From NCBI GenBank assembly GCA_013239625.1, contig MU053629.1, positions 1,019,567-1,083,566 on the forward strand: a DNA stretch of 64,000 nucleotides, read 5' to 3'. Made by a program: the position numbers and the translations under genes. Source of the stretch: Lama guanicoe (Eukaryota). Below, one piece after another: positions 1 to 13,712 of the stretch (position 1 is the stretch's first letter; the number at the start of each line of letters is the position of its first letter). Under the pieces are notes generated by a model that worked only from the letters and a program-made list of their open reading frames with translations, was not told the origin of the DNA and ran no database searches.

Positions 1-375
1 TGGTCTAGAGAAAATGCTTCCAAAATGGCTCATTCACTCTCATTACTGATGGCAGGAATCTGTCCTCTGACTTGTGGTTGGCAAGAGGCATTAGTTTCTT
101 ACCATGTGGATGTCTCTTTAGGACTGCTTGAATATCTCAATGTCATGATAATTGGATTCCCCCACAACAAACAATGAGAGAGAGAGAGAGAGAGAGAAAT
201 GAACCAGGCAGAAGTCAAAGTCTTTTTTAACCTAGCCTAAAAAGTCACATTTGCTGTATTCTGTAGATCACATATACCAACCCTTAGATAGTCTTGGAAG
301 GACTACACAGGGTGTGAATGTGAATATCAGGAGGTGGAGATCATTGGGGGTCATCCTGGAAGTTGGTTACTACAG
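1..375 (-). mobile_element. MLT1-type MaLR LTR (truncated by window start), containing a (GA)n tract at ~176-197
   Basis: Typical reverse MLT1 motifs (ggactacacagggtgtgaat..caggaggtggagatcattgggggtcatcctgga..actaca). Confidence 0.7.
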
Positions 376-1555
376 TATGACCTTTCGTCCCCAATGATTC
401 ATGTCTTTTCCACATGAAAAATACACTTCCTTCCCCTAAGTTCTCCAGAAAATTCATCTCATCACATCATCAGCTTGGAGCCCAGTATCTGTCATCCAAA
501 TCAGGTCTAGTGGTGGATGAAGCTCTTTGGGAGTAGTGCCCTAAGTATACCAACTCGAGTACAGTTCCTCTTGATCTTAAACCAAAGTGCTTGAGTGAAC
601 CAAAGATGTTATTTGCTCCCCACATCCAACCAGACACAGGTTGGCAGCTGCTTGAAAATAGTTCTCAAGGCTTGGGAGTAATTCTTGGCTGTGTTTTCTG
701 AGCCCTTGGTTCTTCGATCTGAGTCATTCTTTGTTCATGAAAGGCAGCATGTGTTTGCATCTGAGTGGTTTTCTCAGCCTGCTTTCTGCTTGTAAAAGTT
801 TGGTGGCCCAAAGACCTCTTTTGTATTCTCCGTTCTGTCTAAGTTAACAGTGTTTCTGCTAATATAATTTTTTAAAACATTGTGAATCCCATACAAATCT
901 CATTGGGGTTCATGCTCGTAAATGAAAGCCATACCCAAAAATCTCTTCAAAATATATCCCTCTCTAACTTAGAATTCTGCTGAGACAACTGGAGAAAACA
1001 CCATCAAGCTTCCATTAAGACCTATTATTTAAATAGTTCTTTAAAGCACCATCTTGGCTTTTTCCTCAGTCTTAAAGGATCTCATAGTCACAGCCTCAAC
1101 TTCATCTTTAGACCATTTTTGTCCTAGAAGTGCCCTAAATTTTATGTTTGCCTTAAAGCCATTTCTTAATTTTGGCATCGTTTGCCATCTGGAGAGTCTG
1201 GGAATTTCCCAAATCATCAATTATTGATTCCTTTTTGTTTAGTAGCCCTTCCTTTAGCTTATTTCTCTCCTGCGTTTTAGTATAAGCAGGAAGAAGAGGC
1301 CAAGAGGCACGTTCAACACTGTCTGGAAATCTCAGCTAGATCACCCAGGTCATAAGGCACATTTTTCTGCTTTCTGTGTTCTTGCCAGCAGCACCATTGC
1401 TAAGCTTTCTGCCACTACAGAACAATAATCTTTCCTCCAATGTCCAAGATTTTCCTTACTCTCTTTTAAGTCCACAATTGCAGCCTCCTCAAAGGCCATT
1501 ATAATTCTAAACAGTTTCTTCAAGACTCCTCTGGCTTTCATTAACACTCTTCAAA
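376..1555 (-). mobile_element. Probable MaLR internal sequence attached to the MLT1 LTR
   Basis: Directly abuts the LTR terminus and resembles recalled MLT1-int sequence; no intact ORF. Confidence 0.5.
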
Positions 1556-1566
1556 AGCTTTCCAAC

Positions 1567-2340
1567 TTTTTTTTTTAATTGAAGTTTAGTTGATTTACAA
1601 CAGTGTGTTAGTTTCTGGTGTACAGCATAGTGATTCAGTTACACATTTACATGTATATTCTTTTACAAATTTTTTTCCATTATAGGTTATTACAAAATAT
1701 TGAATATAGTTCCCTGTGCTATACAGTAGGACCTTGTTGTTTATCTATTTTATATATAGTAGTTTGTATCTGCTAATCCCAAACTCCTAATCTGTTCCTC
1801 CCCCACCCCTTTTCACCTTTGGTAACCATAATTTTGTTTTCTATATCTGTGAGTTTCTGTTTTGTAATAAGTTCATTTGTATCATTTTTTTAGATTCCAC
1901 GTATAAGTGATATCATATAATATTTGTCATTCTCTCTCTGACTTCACTTAGTATGATAATTTCTAGGTCCACCAATGTTGCTACAAATGACATTATTTCA
2001 TTCTTTTTTATGGCTCAGTAGTATTTCATTGTAAAAATACATGACATCTTCTTTATCCAGTCATCTGCTGATGAACATTTAGGTTGTTTCCATGTCTTGG
2101 CTATTGTAAATAGTGCTGCTATGAACATTAGGGTGCATGTGTCTTTTTAAATTATAGTTTTCTCTGGATATGCCCAGGAGTGGGATTGCTGGATCATATG
2201 GTAAGTCTATTTTTAGTTTTTAAAGGAACCTCTTCTGTTTTCCATTGTAGCTGCACCAATTTACATTCCCACTAATAATGTAGGAGAGTTCCCTTTTCTC
2301 CCCATCCTCTCCAGCATTTATTACTTGTGGATTTTTTTTT
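1567..2340 (-). mobile_element. L1 3' end (lineage-specific family)
   Basis: Poly-T followed by an L1 3'UTR/ORF2 C-terminus nearly identical to other copies in the window. Confidence 0.9.
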
Positions 2341-2344
2341 TCTT

Positions 2345-3305
2345 AGAATGTGTTTGTGCCTATATGACTACCAGTCTAATGCAAGTAGATATAGTAATGG
2401 GTTAACATACTTGAAAAACAGGGTAACCACAAATCAAAACTATACAATAGAGTCACAAAAGCCAAAGAGAAGAGAGCACAAGCATAATACAAAAGAAAAT
2501 CATTAAACCACAAAAGGAAAACAAAAAGAAGAGAACAAAGAAGAAATACAAAAGCAACTGGAAAACAAGGTTTAAAATGGCAATAAACACATATCTATCA
2601 ATAATCAATAATTAGTCAATGGACTAAATGCTCCAATCAAAAGACATAGAATGGGGGGAAAAAAGACATAGAGTGGCAGATTGGATAATAAAACAAGAGC
2701 TTACAATATGCTGCCTATAAGAGATCCACTTTAGAGCAAATGACACACGAAGATTGAAAGTGAGGGGAAGGAAAAAGATATTTTATGCAAATGGAAATGA
2801 CAGGAAAGTGGGGGTAGCAATACTCCTATCAGACAAAATAAACTTTAAAACAAATCCATAAAGGAAGATGAAGGACACTATATAATGATAAAAGGATTGA
2901 TACAAGAAGAAGATATTACACTTGTTAACATATATACACCCAACATAGGAGCACCTAAATACATGAAGCAAATACTAACAGACATAATGGGAAAAGTTGA
3001 TGGGAATACAATAATAGTAGAAGACTTAACATCCCACTGACATCAATGGACACATCTTCCAGACAAAATCAATAAGATGACAAGAGGTCTGATTTGACAC
3101 AATAGGATAGTTAGACTTGGTATTTTTCAGGACATGACATCAAAAAAAAAAAAAAAACTTATTCTTTTCAACTGCACATGAAACATTCTCTAGGATAGAC
3201 CACATACTAGATCACAAAACAAGCCTCAACAAATTTAAGAGGACAAATTATTTCATCATCTTTTCTGACCACCATGGTGTGAAACTAGAAATCAACCACA
3301 GAAAG
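2345..3305 (+). mobile_element. L1 fragment: inter-ORF region plus degenerate ORF2 endonuclease domain
   Basis: aatggactaaatgctccaatcaaaagacataga (NGLNAPIKRHR); ..atatgctgcctataagaga (ICCL*E); ..aggatagaccacatacta (RIDHIL); tctgaccacc (SDH). Confidence 0.88.
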
Positions 3306-4352
3306 ATTAATCAAAATTTTATACGCTCTAATGAAAGAGGGATTTTCTACAGTTCTGAGCTTAGCCTGCTTCTTCACTTTTCACTTTGATCTATAAAGGT
3401 AAATAGATGGGTATCTCTGAAGGTTGAAGTATAGTGAAAGCGGCAGCCTAAAACAGATCCATTTCATCCCCTTGTTTCTTTCTAGATTCTCCTCACCTCC
3501 AGATCTTATACAGATATTTGTCAAAATTTTCAATCCATGCTGCCTTTTGTAAATATAAAGATGCCTTCCTTTAATATTATTCTAAATTTTAAACATTAAA
3601 TATTGTGACTAAAACAAATCAAATCAATGGCAATTTAAAAAAATATTTCTGATATTAAAAGATATATTTTTAGTTTGGTCATGTGATATAAGTGTGAGCT
3701 TTGAACCTTAGCACACACCATAGAGCAAACTGGAGCAGCCAAGGAGCTGACATTTACGTTGGGAGAGAAGGAAGAGCAAAGAGCATTGTCTGAGTATCAA
3801 GGAGAAGTGTGATACAACTGAACTATCATTGTGGGAGGAGCCACCAAGTGTGAAGAGCCTTGTGAACTTAGTGAACATGTATTATGAACAGAGAACTTGC
3901 CTTAAGCTAGTTTTTTTTTCGCCTTTTGAGGATTTTTGTTGAAGCTCTGAGAAGAGCTGTGAACCTACTCAGAAAATGAGCCAATATACAAATGTTGAGG
4001 ATTCACAGATTCCAGATTAAGAATTCCCATTTGCTATGATAACTTCTTTTCTTACTTAATACTGTTAGAAACAGTAGTGATAAATTTCCACATCTCCCAA
4101 AGTGGTACCTCTGGTGTGGCTGATCCTTTATATTAGGGAAAACAGCTCAAGGGAACTTGATGCAAGTTTCTTGGTTTTTTTGTTATTTTTTCCTGAAATT
4201 TACAACATATCAGATGACCATTGGCTACAAATGACTTGCTTTACCTTCCTTGTATGAAATTGACCTTTCATTTTGTGAAATTAAAAAATATATACTAGAA
4301 AGCACAAAAGGTTCAAATGGCAAATACCTATATAATCCCAACACCCACAATT

Positions 4353-5310
4353 TATTTATTTTTTAAAATTTTGTTTCTTATTGAAGTGTAGTTGACTTCC
4401 AATGTTAGTTTCAGGTGTACAACAAAGCAATTCAGTTATATGTATACATACATGTATTTTTTTCAGATTCTTTTCCATTGTATGCTATTACAAAAAATTG
4501 AATATAATTCCTTGTGATATACAGTAGTTCCTTGTTGTTTATCTATTTTATATATATTAATGTATATCTGTTAACTCCAAACTCCTAATTTTTCCCTCTC
4601 CTGCCCTTTCTCCTTTGGAAACTACAATTTATTTTCTATGTCCATGAGTCTATTTTTGGTTTGTAAATAAGATTTGTGTCTTTTTTTAGATTCCACATAT
4701 AAGTGATATGATATTTCTCTTTCTCTGTCTGACTTCACTTAATACGATAATCTCTAGGTCCATCCATGTTGCTGCAAATGGCATTATTTCATTCTTTTTT
4801 ATGGCTGAATAATGTTCCATTGTATATATAGGCCAAAACTTCTTAATCTAGTCATCTGTTGATGGACATTTAGGTTGTTTCCATGTTTAGCTCTTGTAAA
4901 TAGTGCTGCTATGAACATTAGGATGCATATATCTTTTGAATTATAGTTTTATCCAGTTGTATACCCAGGAGTTGGATTGTTGGATCATATGATAACTCTA
5001 TTTTTAGTTTTTTAAAGAACCTCCATACTATACTGTCCTCCATATTGGCCTCACCAATTTACATTCCCACCAGCAGTGTAGGAAGTTGCCTTTTTCTTCA
5101 CACCCTCTCCAGCATTTATTATTTGTAGACTTTTAAATGATGACCATTCTGGCTGGTGTGAGGTAATACCTCATTATAGTTTTGATTTGCATTTCTCTAA
5201 TAAGTAGCAATATTAAGCATCTTTCATGTGCCTATTGGCCATCTGGATGTCTTCATTGGCCAAAATGTCTATTTCCGTCCTCTGCCCATTTTTTTTTATT
5301 ATGATGTTTG
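4353..5310 (-). mobile_element. L1 3' end with 14-bp TSD
   Basis: TSD caacaccca(c/g)aatt at 4339-4352 and 5311-5324. Confidence 0.9.
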
Positions 5311-6114
5311 CAACACCCAGAATTGTAAATGTTAACATTTAGTCAAGTTTTCTTCATTTAAAAATAATAATAAATAAAACATAACAAATAAAGCTGGAGA
5401 CCCCTAGAACAACCACCCAGAGTCCCACTCCTTTTGCTCTACAGGCAACTGCTATCAAGAGTTGGTGTATATCTTTCCAGTCCCTTGTTTAGTACTTTCA
5501 AAGCTGTATCTAATATGTAGTATTAAATTGTATTATTTACATTTACACAAATAGTATCATAGTACACATACTTTCTGCATTCCTCTTTCAAATTTAGCAT
5601 TGTTTTTATGACCTGGTCAAGTTGGTAAATATAAATCCAGTTTATTTTAACTACTATAAAACCTCACACTGTATGACTATATCACATCATACTATCCATT
5701 TTCTTATTGGATTTTTTTTTTTTTTTACTATTCTATGCAGTGCTTTAAGGAACATCCTTTTCTTTGGGTTGGACCATATGAAATTGCTGTTTTTCTAGGT
5801 CAAAGATGCTTGAATACAAACAATTTTATATGATTGAAACTAATTCTGTTCTTTGTATGCCAGCACTGACTTTTAATTATTGTCTGTGCAATGGATGGGA
5901 AATGGTCTCTAATTGTTTTTACTTGCATTAGCCTGTAGTTAGTGAAGTTAGGCCTATTTTCATATGTTCATTGACCACCTGGATTTCCTCTAATGTAAAT
6001 TTCCCAGTCACATTCTGTGCTCATCCAGAATAGGGGAAATGAATGAAGCATTTAAGAATTGATCGTGGACACATCCATAGATTGCTGAATGATTAACCTT
6101 GATAAATATTGGCG

Positions 6115-6600
6115 TGCCCCCAACGTGAGGTTAATTTTTTAATGGCCACAATTCCTCCCATTCCATGGTGCAGGCTCCTTTGCAATGTGATTTTGCCTTT
6201 CTTCCCAGCCAAAGGTGGTGCCTGTTTCTCCACTCCCTTGAACTTGGGCTGACCTGTGACTTGCTTTGACCCATGGAAGGTAGTGGAAATGATATTGCAC
6301 AAGTTCCAGAGCTTAGGCTTCAAGAGGCCCTCAAGCATCCATCTTCATCCTCTAGGAATACTGCCCAAGACTGCCATGTAAGGAAGCCAGACTAACTTAC
6401 TGGATGCCCAGGCTGATAGCCAGCACCAGCTGCCAGACGTGTGACTGCAGCCTCCTTGGACCTTCCTGTCCAGCTGAGCCTCCATATGAATGCAGCCCCA
6501 TGAGTGAGCCCAGGTGAGACCAACTCAATGAATCATGAAAAATAATGTCATCACTAAATTTTGGGGTAGATTGCATTGCAGCAGTGTTAACCCAATTATG
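6115..6600 (+). mobile_element. MLT1-type solo LTR
   Basis: ctcccttgaacttgggctgacctgtgacttgctttgacc..cactaaattttggggtagattgcattgcagcag. Confidence 0.75.
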
Positions 6601-7782
6601 CTCCAGTGTGGTAATGAGGTGGGTTAATAATTTGGGAGAAAAAAATAGAACTTGAAAGTACTTGGTTTTTTGAATAGACAGGATCATTTTTTATTTAAAA
6701 GAATACTATTTAACAGAGTGTTTACTCTTTGTTAGCCATTGTGCTAAGCACTTTGTTATTTTATCTTCAAAACAACCCCATTAGGTATAAATTATTATCC
6801 TTATTTTGCCCAAGATCACACAACCATTAACCATTAGAACTCATCTCAAACCCAGATATATCTGACTCAAAACCCTGTTCTAACCATCATCTTGCCTTCC
6901 CTTAAAAAAAGCATGTCTAATATAGATCCAATAAAAGGATAGTTAGTATCATGCAACTTTATAGATGCAATGTTAAGTAAAATTTTTAAGTCATAGAAAA
7001 TGAATAAAAATAAACATATATTGAGACTTAGTAAATCTGGCTGCAAATAAGGAAAAATACACAATTTTTGTTATTAATATGCAAACTAGAGACAAAATAA
7101 AGATTGCATAGTAGAGTCATGCTTTTATATACTTTCTCTCTTAAGTACATAGCATGATACTTAAAATGTGAAATGAGAATATGGAAAAGACATTCATGGA
7201 CTTAACACAAACACAAAACACTGAGCAGGGCTGAAGCTGGTATCTCCTGAGCTCTGGGTCCAGAAGGCAATGACACTTCCAATATTCTGTTCCTACAGAA
7301 TAGTTGAAACAACCCGCTTCCCTAAGAAAAATTTAAAATGTAGGCTTTTAACTAAATCTGACAAGACTATTCTCCTTAATTTTTTTCTAAGATGAGATTT
7401 TGCTAGACAAGAAAGTAACAGTAGATCTGGTACAGTGGTTGGGGAACTGAGCCAGAACAGGTAGAACAGAGATAAACTGAGAAAATAAGCTATCCTGGCA
7501 TCCCCTAAGAAAATTCAAAGGCTATTTAAGCCTGGATCAATAGCAAATAACTTGATATAACTCTTTATGCCTATAGTTGTGAAATTACAGCTGTAAAATC
7601 CTAAAAGATTGCAAGGTAGTGTCATTAGTCTATAAAAGTAATCTTTCTTCCTTGTAGAGTGCAATAATGAACTCTAACCCTTCCAGACAAAAATTTAGGT
7701 TTTTTTCCATTGAATATTGCAAAGATGTATTTCCATAATCTCAGTTTTCAAATCTGGGAAAGAATTTTTAACCTTTGTATTC

Positions 7783-8236
7783 TATGACAGGCAGAATAAT
7801 GGCCCCACAAAATGTCCACATCCCAATCCCCAGAACATGTAAATGTTACCTTACATAGCCAAAGGGTTTTTGCAGATGTAATTAAATCAAGGATCCTGAG
7901 ATAGGGAGATTATTCTGGATTATCCGAGTAAACCCAGTATAATCACAAAGTCCTTATACGAAGAAGGTGGGAGATCAGAGACAGAGGAGATGTGAGGACA
8001 GAAGTAGAGGAGGAAGTTATCTGAGGCCACTAGCCAAGGAATACAGGCAGCCTCTGGAAGCTAGAAAAGAGTGGGAAACAGATTCTCCCTTTAGAACCTC
8101 CAGAAGGATTGTACACCTTGATTTTACTCCCACAAGATCCATTTTGGACTACTGACCTCCAAAACTATAATAAATTTATGTTATTTTAAACCACCAAATT
8201 TGTGGTAGTTTGCTACAGCAACACCAGGAAACTATA
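7783..8236 (+). mobile_element. MLT1C/D-type solo LTR
   Basis: aggcagaataatggcccc..gggagattattctggattatcc..ataaatttatgttattttaaaccaccaaatttgtggtagtttgctacagca. Confidence 0.85.
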
Positions 8237-8734
8237 TTCCAACTATTTTTGGCCATATTTCTAATATGAAGACGTTTCTGTTGTTTTTAAGAAAAAGCAA
8301 ATGAGAATAAGTCATAGAAAGATAGTAGTTTATTCTAGCTTCTTTTCATTTCCAAACTCATCAGTAATCAATATTAAATAAGAGTAATAATGATATATAA
8401 CCTTACAGTCATCAAAATGGCAAAAAAAAAGCTTTCATTTATTAATCGAAGAGATGGAGGAGGGGGAAAATAATCTCATATATTACTAAAGAATAGCAAT
8501 CTGGCATCCCTTGTTAAAATTAAAAATACACATCTTTCCATCCAGCAATCCCAGTCCGAGAAATCTAACCCACATAAATAAAAAGCACTACTATTAAGGA
8601 TATTTAAATATACTTATGGTAGCATTGATTATAGTAGAAAAAAACTAGAAACAAAGTGCCCATCAATAGGATAATGTTGAATAAATTATAGTACTTCCCA
8701 TACCACAGGCTATTGTGCAGCTATTAAAAAGAAT

Positions 8735-9940
8735 TAGAGAATGAAGTTGGACTCTGCTTCACGCCATATGCAAAATCCATTCAAAATGGATCAAACCTAT
8801 ATGTAAGAACTAAAATTATAAAACCTCTTAGAAGAAAACAGGCACAAATCTCTGTGACCTTGGATTGGGACAGAGTATCTTAGATACGACACCAAAGGCA
8901 CAAGAAACAACAAAAAATTAGATAAATTCAACTTCATAAAAATTAAAAATGTGTTTCTAAGGACAAAAGGTGAAAAGACAAACTACAGAATGGGAGAAAA
9001 CTGCAAATCATCTATGTATCTATCCACACACACACATACACACATATACATATAGGGGATTTGTATCTATAATATGTAAGAAGTCTTACAACTCAAAAAT
9101 AAAAAGCAACCTAATTAAAAATGGGCAAAGTATCTGAACAGACATTTCTCCAAAGAAGATGTACAAATGGCCAGTAAGCACATGAAAATATGGTCAACAT
9201 CGTTAATTATCAGGGAAATGCAAATTAAAACCCTAATGAGATGGCTCTTCACACAAAGATGGCTATAATTTTTTAAAAAAAAAAGTAACAACTATTGACA
9301 AGGATGTAGAGAAACTGGAACACTTGTGCATTGCTAGTAGGAATATAAAATGGTGCAGCCTTTTTGGAAAACAGGCAATTCCTCAAAAAGCTGAACAGAA
9401 TCACTATATGATCCAGTAATTCCACTCCTAGGTATATGTCCAAGAGAATTTAGTATGTCTACACACAAGTTCATAGTAGCTTTATTCATAGTATCCAAGA
9501 AGCGAAAATAACCGAAATGTCCATCAGCTGATTAACCTATAAACAAAATGTTGTATATTCCTACAACAGAGTATTATTATTCAGTTAAAAAAGGCAATGA
9601 AGTACTGATATATGCATAAATGGCCTCGATATACATTATGCTAAGTGAAAGAAGCTAGACACTAAAGGCGACATGTTGTGTGACCCCATTTGTATAAAAT
9701 ATCCAGAATAGGCAAATCCAAGGAGACAGAAAGTATATCAGCCAGGAGATGGGAGGAGGAAGCAATGGAGAATGAATGCTAATGAGTATGGAGTTTCTTT
9801 TTCGAGTGATTAAAGATATCTGGGATTAGATTAGATATTGGTAGTGGTCGCACGATGTTGTGAATATACTAAAAACACTGAAATTTACATTGTAAAATGT
9901 TTAATTTTATGGTATCTACATTATATCTCAAAAAAAAAAA
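8735..9940 (+). mobile_element. Older L1M (L1MB-like) 3' end with poly-A
   Basis: ORF2 C-terminal motifs and 3'UTR ending in ttatatctc + A11. Confidence 0.85.
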
Positions 9941-10444
9941 GAACTTTATCAGACAACTTACAGGGCAACCAGATAAGAAACCATTTGTCACATGATTAGG
10001 TAGAAGACAAGAATTTCATTCTATTTTTAGTTTTACGTTACTGTTTTTTTTTCTTTAATTTATGGAAGAAATATAAGGTTTCCTTTAAAATACATTTACA
10101 TTAAAAAATGAAATCAATATAGATAATAGTATTAAAAAAACATTTAGTAAATAGTAATTTATGTGGCAGACCTTGAAGTTTGGAAAAGTCTGAGTGTTCT
10201 CTAGAGTTTCAAACCTAGTAATACTGTTTAAATTAATAATAACTTAATATACCATTCAGCTCCCAGTGACAAGTATCTCTGTAAATTGGTCCTTAGACAG
10301 GTTCTTCAAAATACAGTACTTTCTTGTAATACTATTTCCAACATAATTTTCAGGAGTTTGCTCTCAAGTTACCACAGGGTGTGCTTTCCATATCAATACA
10401 TGGAAATACCTCCATATCCATCATCCTCACTGGCTCTCCTTGGA

Positions 10445-10830
10445 ACCAAGGTTCCTCAGCTGTGCAAGCTGAGATTCCTTGGAGCACCATGGGAAAAACA
10501 TTGATACCTTACATCTTTTGGATACCATGCAAACTTCTAGTTCCAGGTAGTTTCAGTACATTAGATGGCAGCACATTCCCTTTAATGATACGTCTTTGTG
10601 AAGCTGGGGCTTGGGGCGCTGCTGTGATGAAAAGCAAGTACTGTGCAAGAATCAGTGTGGAAGAAATGAGGATGGCAGTGTCCAATCTTATCCCAGTTTT
10701 GAGAAACTGCAGTGCCCAAAAGGCATACTCATTCCATTAGTAGGTCATTTAAGAATGAGATTAAAAATTATCACTTTTGCTTTTAATTTACATGTATTAT
10801 TTTTTTCAAATGGCTCCTAAAGTTGCTAGA
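10445..10830 (+). mobile_element. hAT-Charlie fossil carrying a transposase C-terminal remnant
   Basis: ORF 10381-10740 ends LCEAGAWGAAVMKSKYCARISVEEMRMAVSNLIPVLRNCSAQKAYSFH*, which resembles the hAT dimerisation-domain pattern LCE.GFS....KSKYR.R..VE..MR.A.S...P......SH*. Confidence 0.65.
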
Positions 10831-11626
10831 ACCTAACTACTTCCTTTAATGTATGAATCAGTATGTTAAAGGACCAGTCTCTCAGATTGGGGGTGTATGT
10901 GTAGGAACACCTCTTGATAGGAAATGCCTGCCGTAAGTGCCTGCCTTAAAGGTTAAAGGTAATATAGAAGCAGTTATCTTCCCAGTCTAATGAGCAGTCA
11001 TGTAGGGGCTAGAGAGGGAAAGAAAGACATATGCTACTTCTTAATTAATTCCCCAGGGTCACTTCATAAACCTTAAAAATAATGAGACAACAGAGCCACT
11101 CCACATACTTTGTAATCAGGAGTGCTCACCTGTGTGGACCGGAGACTTCAACACTGTCTTCTGTCCCCTGCGAGGACATACTGGGATAAATCACGCTACT
11201 TTTGATTCCTCCTCTCAAATTTTCTACCCTAAAAAGAGTTTCCTATAACTGAGCCCCCCAGCTGCAGTTATTATAATAAATTACGCAGTATGTTACACGT
11301 ACACAAATCCAAGGCATCATGGTGTGATTGTTATTGCATTAAATATGTACTTCCATAAATGTTTCCTTAGTTACCATACCAAAACTGTATTTAGAATTAA
11401 TAATGAACTTATTTCCATTTGTAATTAGCCTCTTCACCACAATTTTGAAGAGGGCTGAAAATCAAATATTTAAGAGTTTTTACTCCTGAAATGAAACACA
11501 AACTAATCAGAATGCTCTTTTTAAAAAATGTTTAAACCAAATTCACATACACAGTATATATAAATGTATAGCATATTCACACATAATTGAAAAAAAGAAA
11601 AAGGGTAATTTGCCCATAATCAAAAC

Positions 11627-11632
11627 TTTATT
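11627..11632 (-). terminator. RPS27L: Likely RPS27L polyadenylation signal AATAAA
   Basis: tttatt on + strand, ~145 nt after the stop codon, followed on the minus strand by T-rich sequence. Confidence 0.75.
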
Positions 11633-11776
11633 GAAAAACTGACACCAAAATAGGAAAGCGTTGCTGTATATGTTACAAAATTAAACAAAATTACATTATC
11701 TTGGTAGGTTAACCAGAATTGCTGAACTGATAAGGCTTCTGGGATACCACACAAACTCAGGACGCTGTGTGGGCCA

Positions 11777-11805
11777 TTAGTGCTGCTTTCTTCTAAATGA
11801 ACACC
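11777..11805 (-). CDS. RPS27L: RPS27L exon 4 coding part (GCSFRRKQH*)
   Basis: ttcctttgcag|GG TGT TCA TTT AGA AGA AAG CAG CAC TAA. Total CDS 6+109+111+29 = 255 nt = 84 aa plus stop. The N-terminus [19 protein letters not shown] matches the L paralog. Confidence 0.97.
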
Positions 11806-12918
11806 CTGCAAAGGAATCACAAAAGCACACTAAGCACACGTCTGTTCTATCTTTAGCATAGAGTTTTAATGACAAGAGGTACTTTTTAAGTAAAAAACTT
11901 AACTTTTAGAAAAATTAGATTAATATTCATATGCAGGTTACTTATTCTTTTATACCAGAAATTTGCTAAAAGAAATCTTATATTTGAATTTACTCTGATG
12001 TGACTATAACTGTCACTCCTGTTTCTCATATGTTATAATGGAATTTATTTAAGACCATGAGCCAGAATTCAACGGTTAAATTTTAATGCAAACTGTCAGA
12101 GGATACAAACTTAAGTTTTAGGAATTACTGTGCTAAGAAAGCAATTTTGATAATTTCAGACCTATGGTGAAAACTCTGATACTGATGCACCCTTTTATTC
12201 GTCTACCAGCATATGGGCACAAAATTCTAAGATCATGGCATGATATAAAGGTTTTGGAAATCTTGCAAGTACATTTTTAAGAATAATACTGTATTTAAAT
12301 ATTGCATGCTGACTTCATAGATCTCACCAGTTCACACCGAACAGATCTTGGATTTATTGCCAATCCACTTACAACTTCTTCCAGTAAGAATAACATGGAA
12401 TTCACAGCTCCCCCAAATATCACAAGCAAATTTCAAATATCATTATGGAATTATAAATTTGTAAGTATTACTACTATGAAAAATTATATACATAATTATT
12501 TTTCTTATTGCATAAGAGTGAATTAAAATTAATTAACCGTAAGTAGCTGCTCATAGAAATCAAACCTCTGACATTTTAATTACAGTTATCTGTTGTTTAG
12601 CTAGCAATGATAAAAACTGTCTTTTATCATATGTACCAAATCATATGCACCAAACACATATAAAATCAATTTACAGGAGAAATTTTAAAATTCTATGTTT
12701 TTAGAAATCTGTATGTATGTAGTTACTCTTTTTCTCCATTCTGATTTATGTCTAATATTCCAAGTTAAGCAAACTGACTACATACAACAGAATTAGGTGT
12801 TCTAAACTAAGAAAAATTACCCAATTGAACAGGGCACTCTTTACTAAAAGAGCATGCAATGGAAGATAAAAATTATTTTGGTAATTATGAATTTAAGATT
12901 TCTTTTCAACTGGTTTTA

Positions 12919-13113
<195 letters not shown>

Positions 13114-13192
13114 TTAAAAGTGAAAAGCAGAAGAAAACACAGCACCTGTTCAACATGTTTCTAGTTAAGACCTTGTAAAAGATTAGGAATTT

Positions 13193-13712
13193 TAGTGCTG
13201 TGCAGTAGCAAGCCATGTATGTAACTTAAACTCTTCTAGTAACCACATTAAAAATAAGTTTTTTTAAAAGTGAAATTAATAATATATTCTGTTGAACTCA
13301 GTATTTCCAAATGTTATCACTTCAACATATAATCAAAGCTTCTTTTTGCCATGCTACATCTTCAAAATCCAGTGTATATTTTACACTTAAAGATACAGCA
13401 CAGTGGCTACAGTTAATAATACAACAATACTGTATTGAATATTGGAAGTTAAGAGAGTATATCTTAAAAGTTCTTATCATAAGAAAAGAAATTTGTAACT
13501 ATGTATGGTGCAGATATTAACTAGACTTATTGTGCTGATCATTTCCCAATATATACAAATATGGAATCATGAAGTGGTATGCCTGAAATTAACATAATGT
13601 TTTATGTCAATTATACCTCAAGAAAAAAAAAAAGAAAAGAAAAAATGTATTTTGACTAGCCACATTTCAGGTGCTCCGTAGCCACGTATGGCTAATGGTC
13701 AGCATATTGGGG
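13193..13712. mobile_element. MER33/MER3-like hAT MITE in RPS27L intron 2, split by a short L1 3' end (~13400-13645, +)
   Basis: ctagtaaccacattaaaaa..aaatccagtgtatattttacactta resumes as ttgactagccacatttcaggtgctc after an A-rich tail. Confidence 0.75.

Noticed and set aside
1..6000. LACTB 3' exons expected from synteny
   Set aside because: No LACTB-like coding sequence recognised; the region is mostly MaLR and L1, so the gene probably ends before the window.
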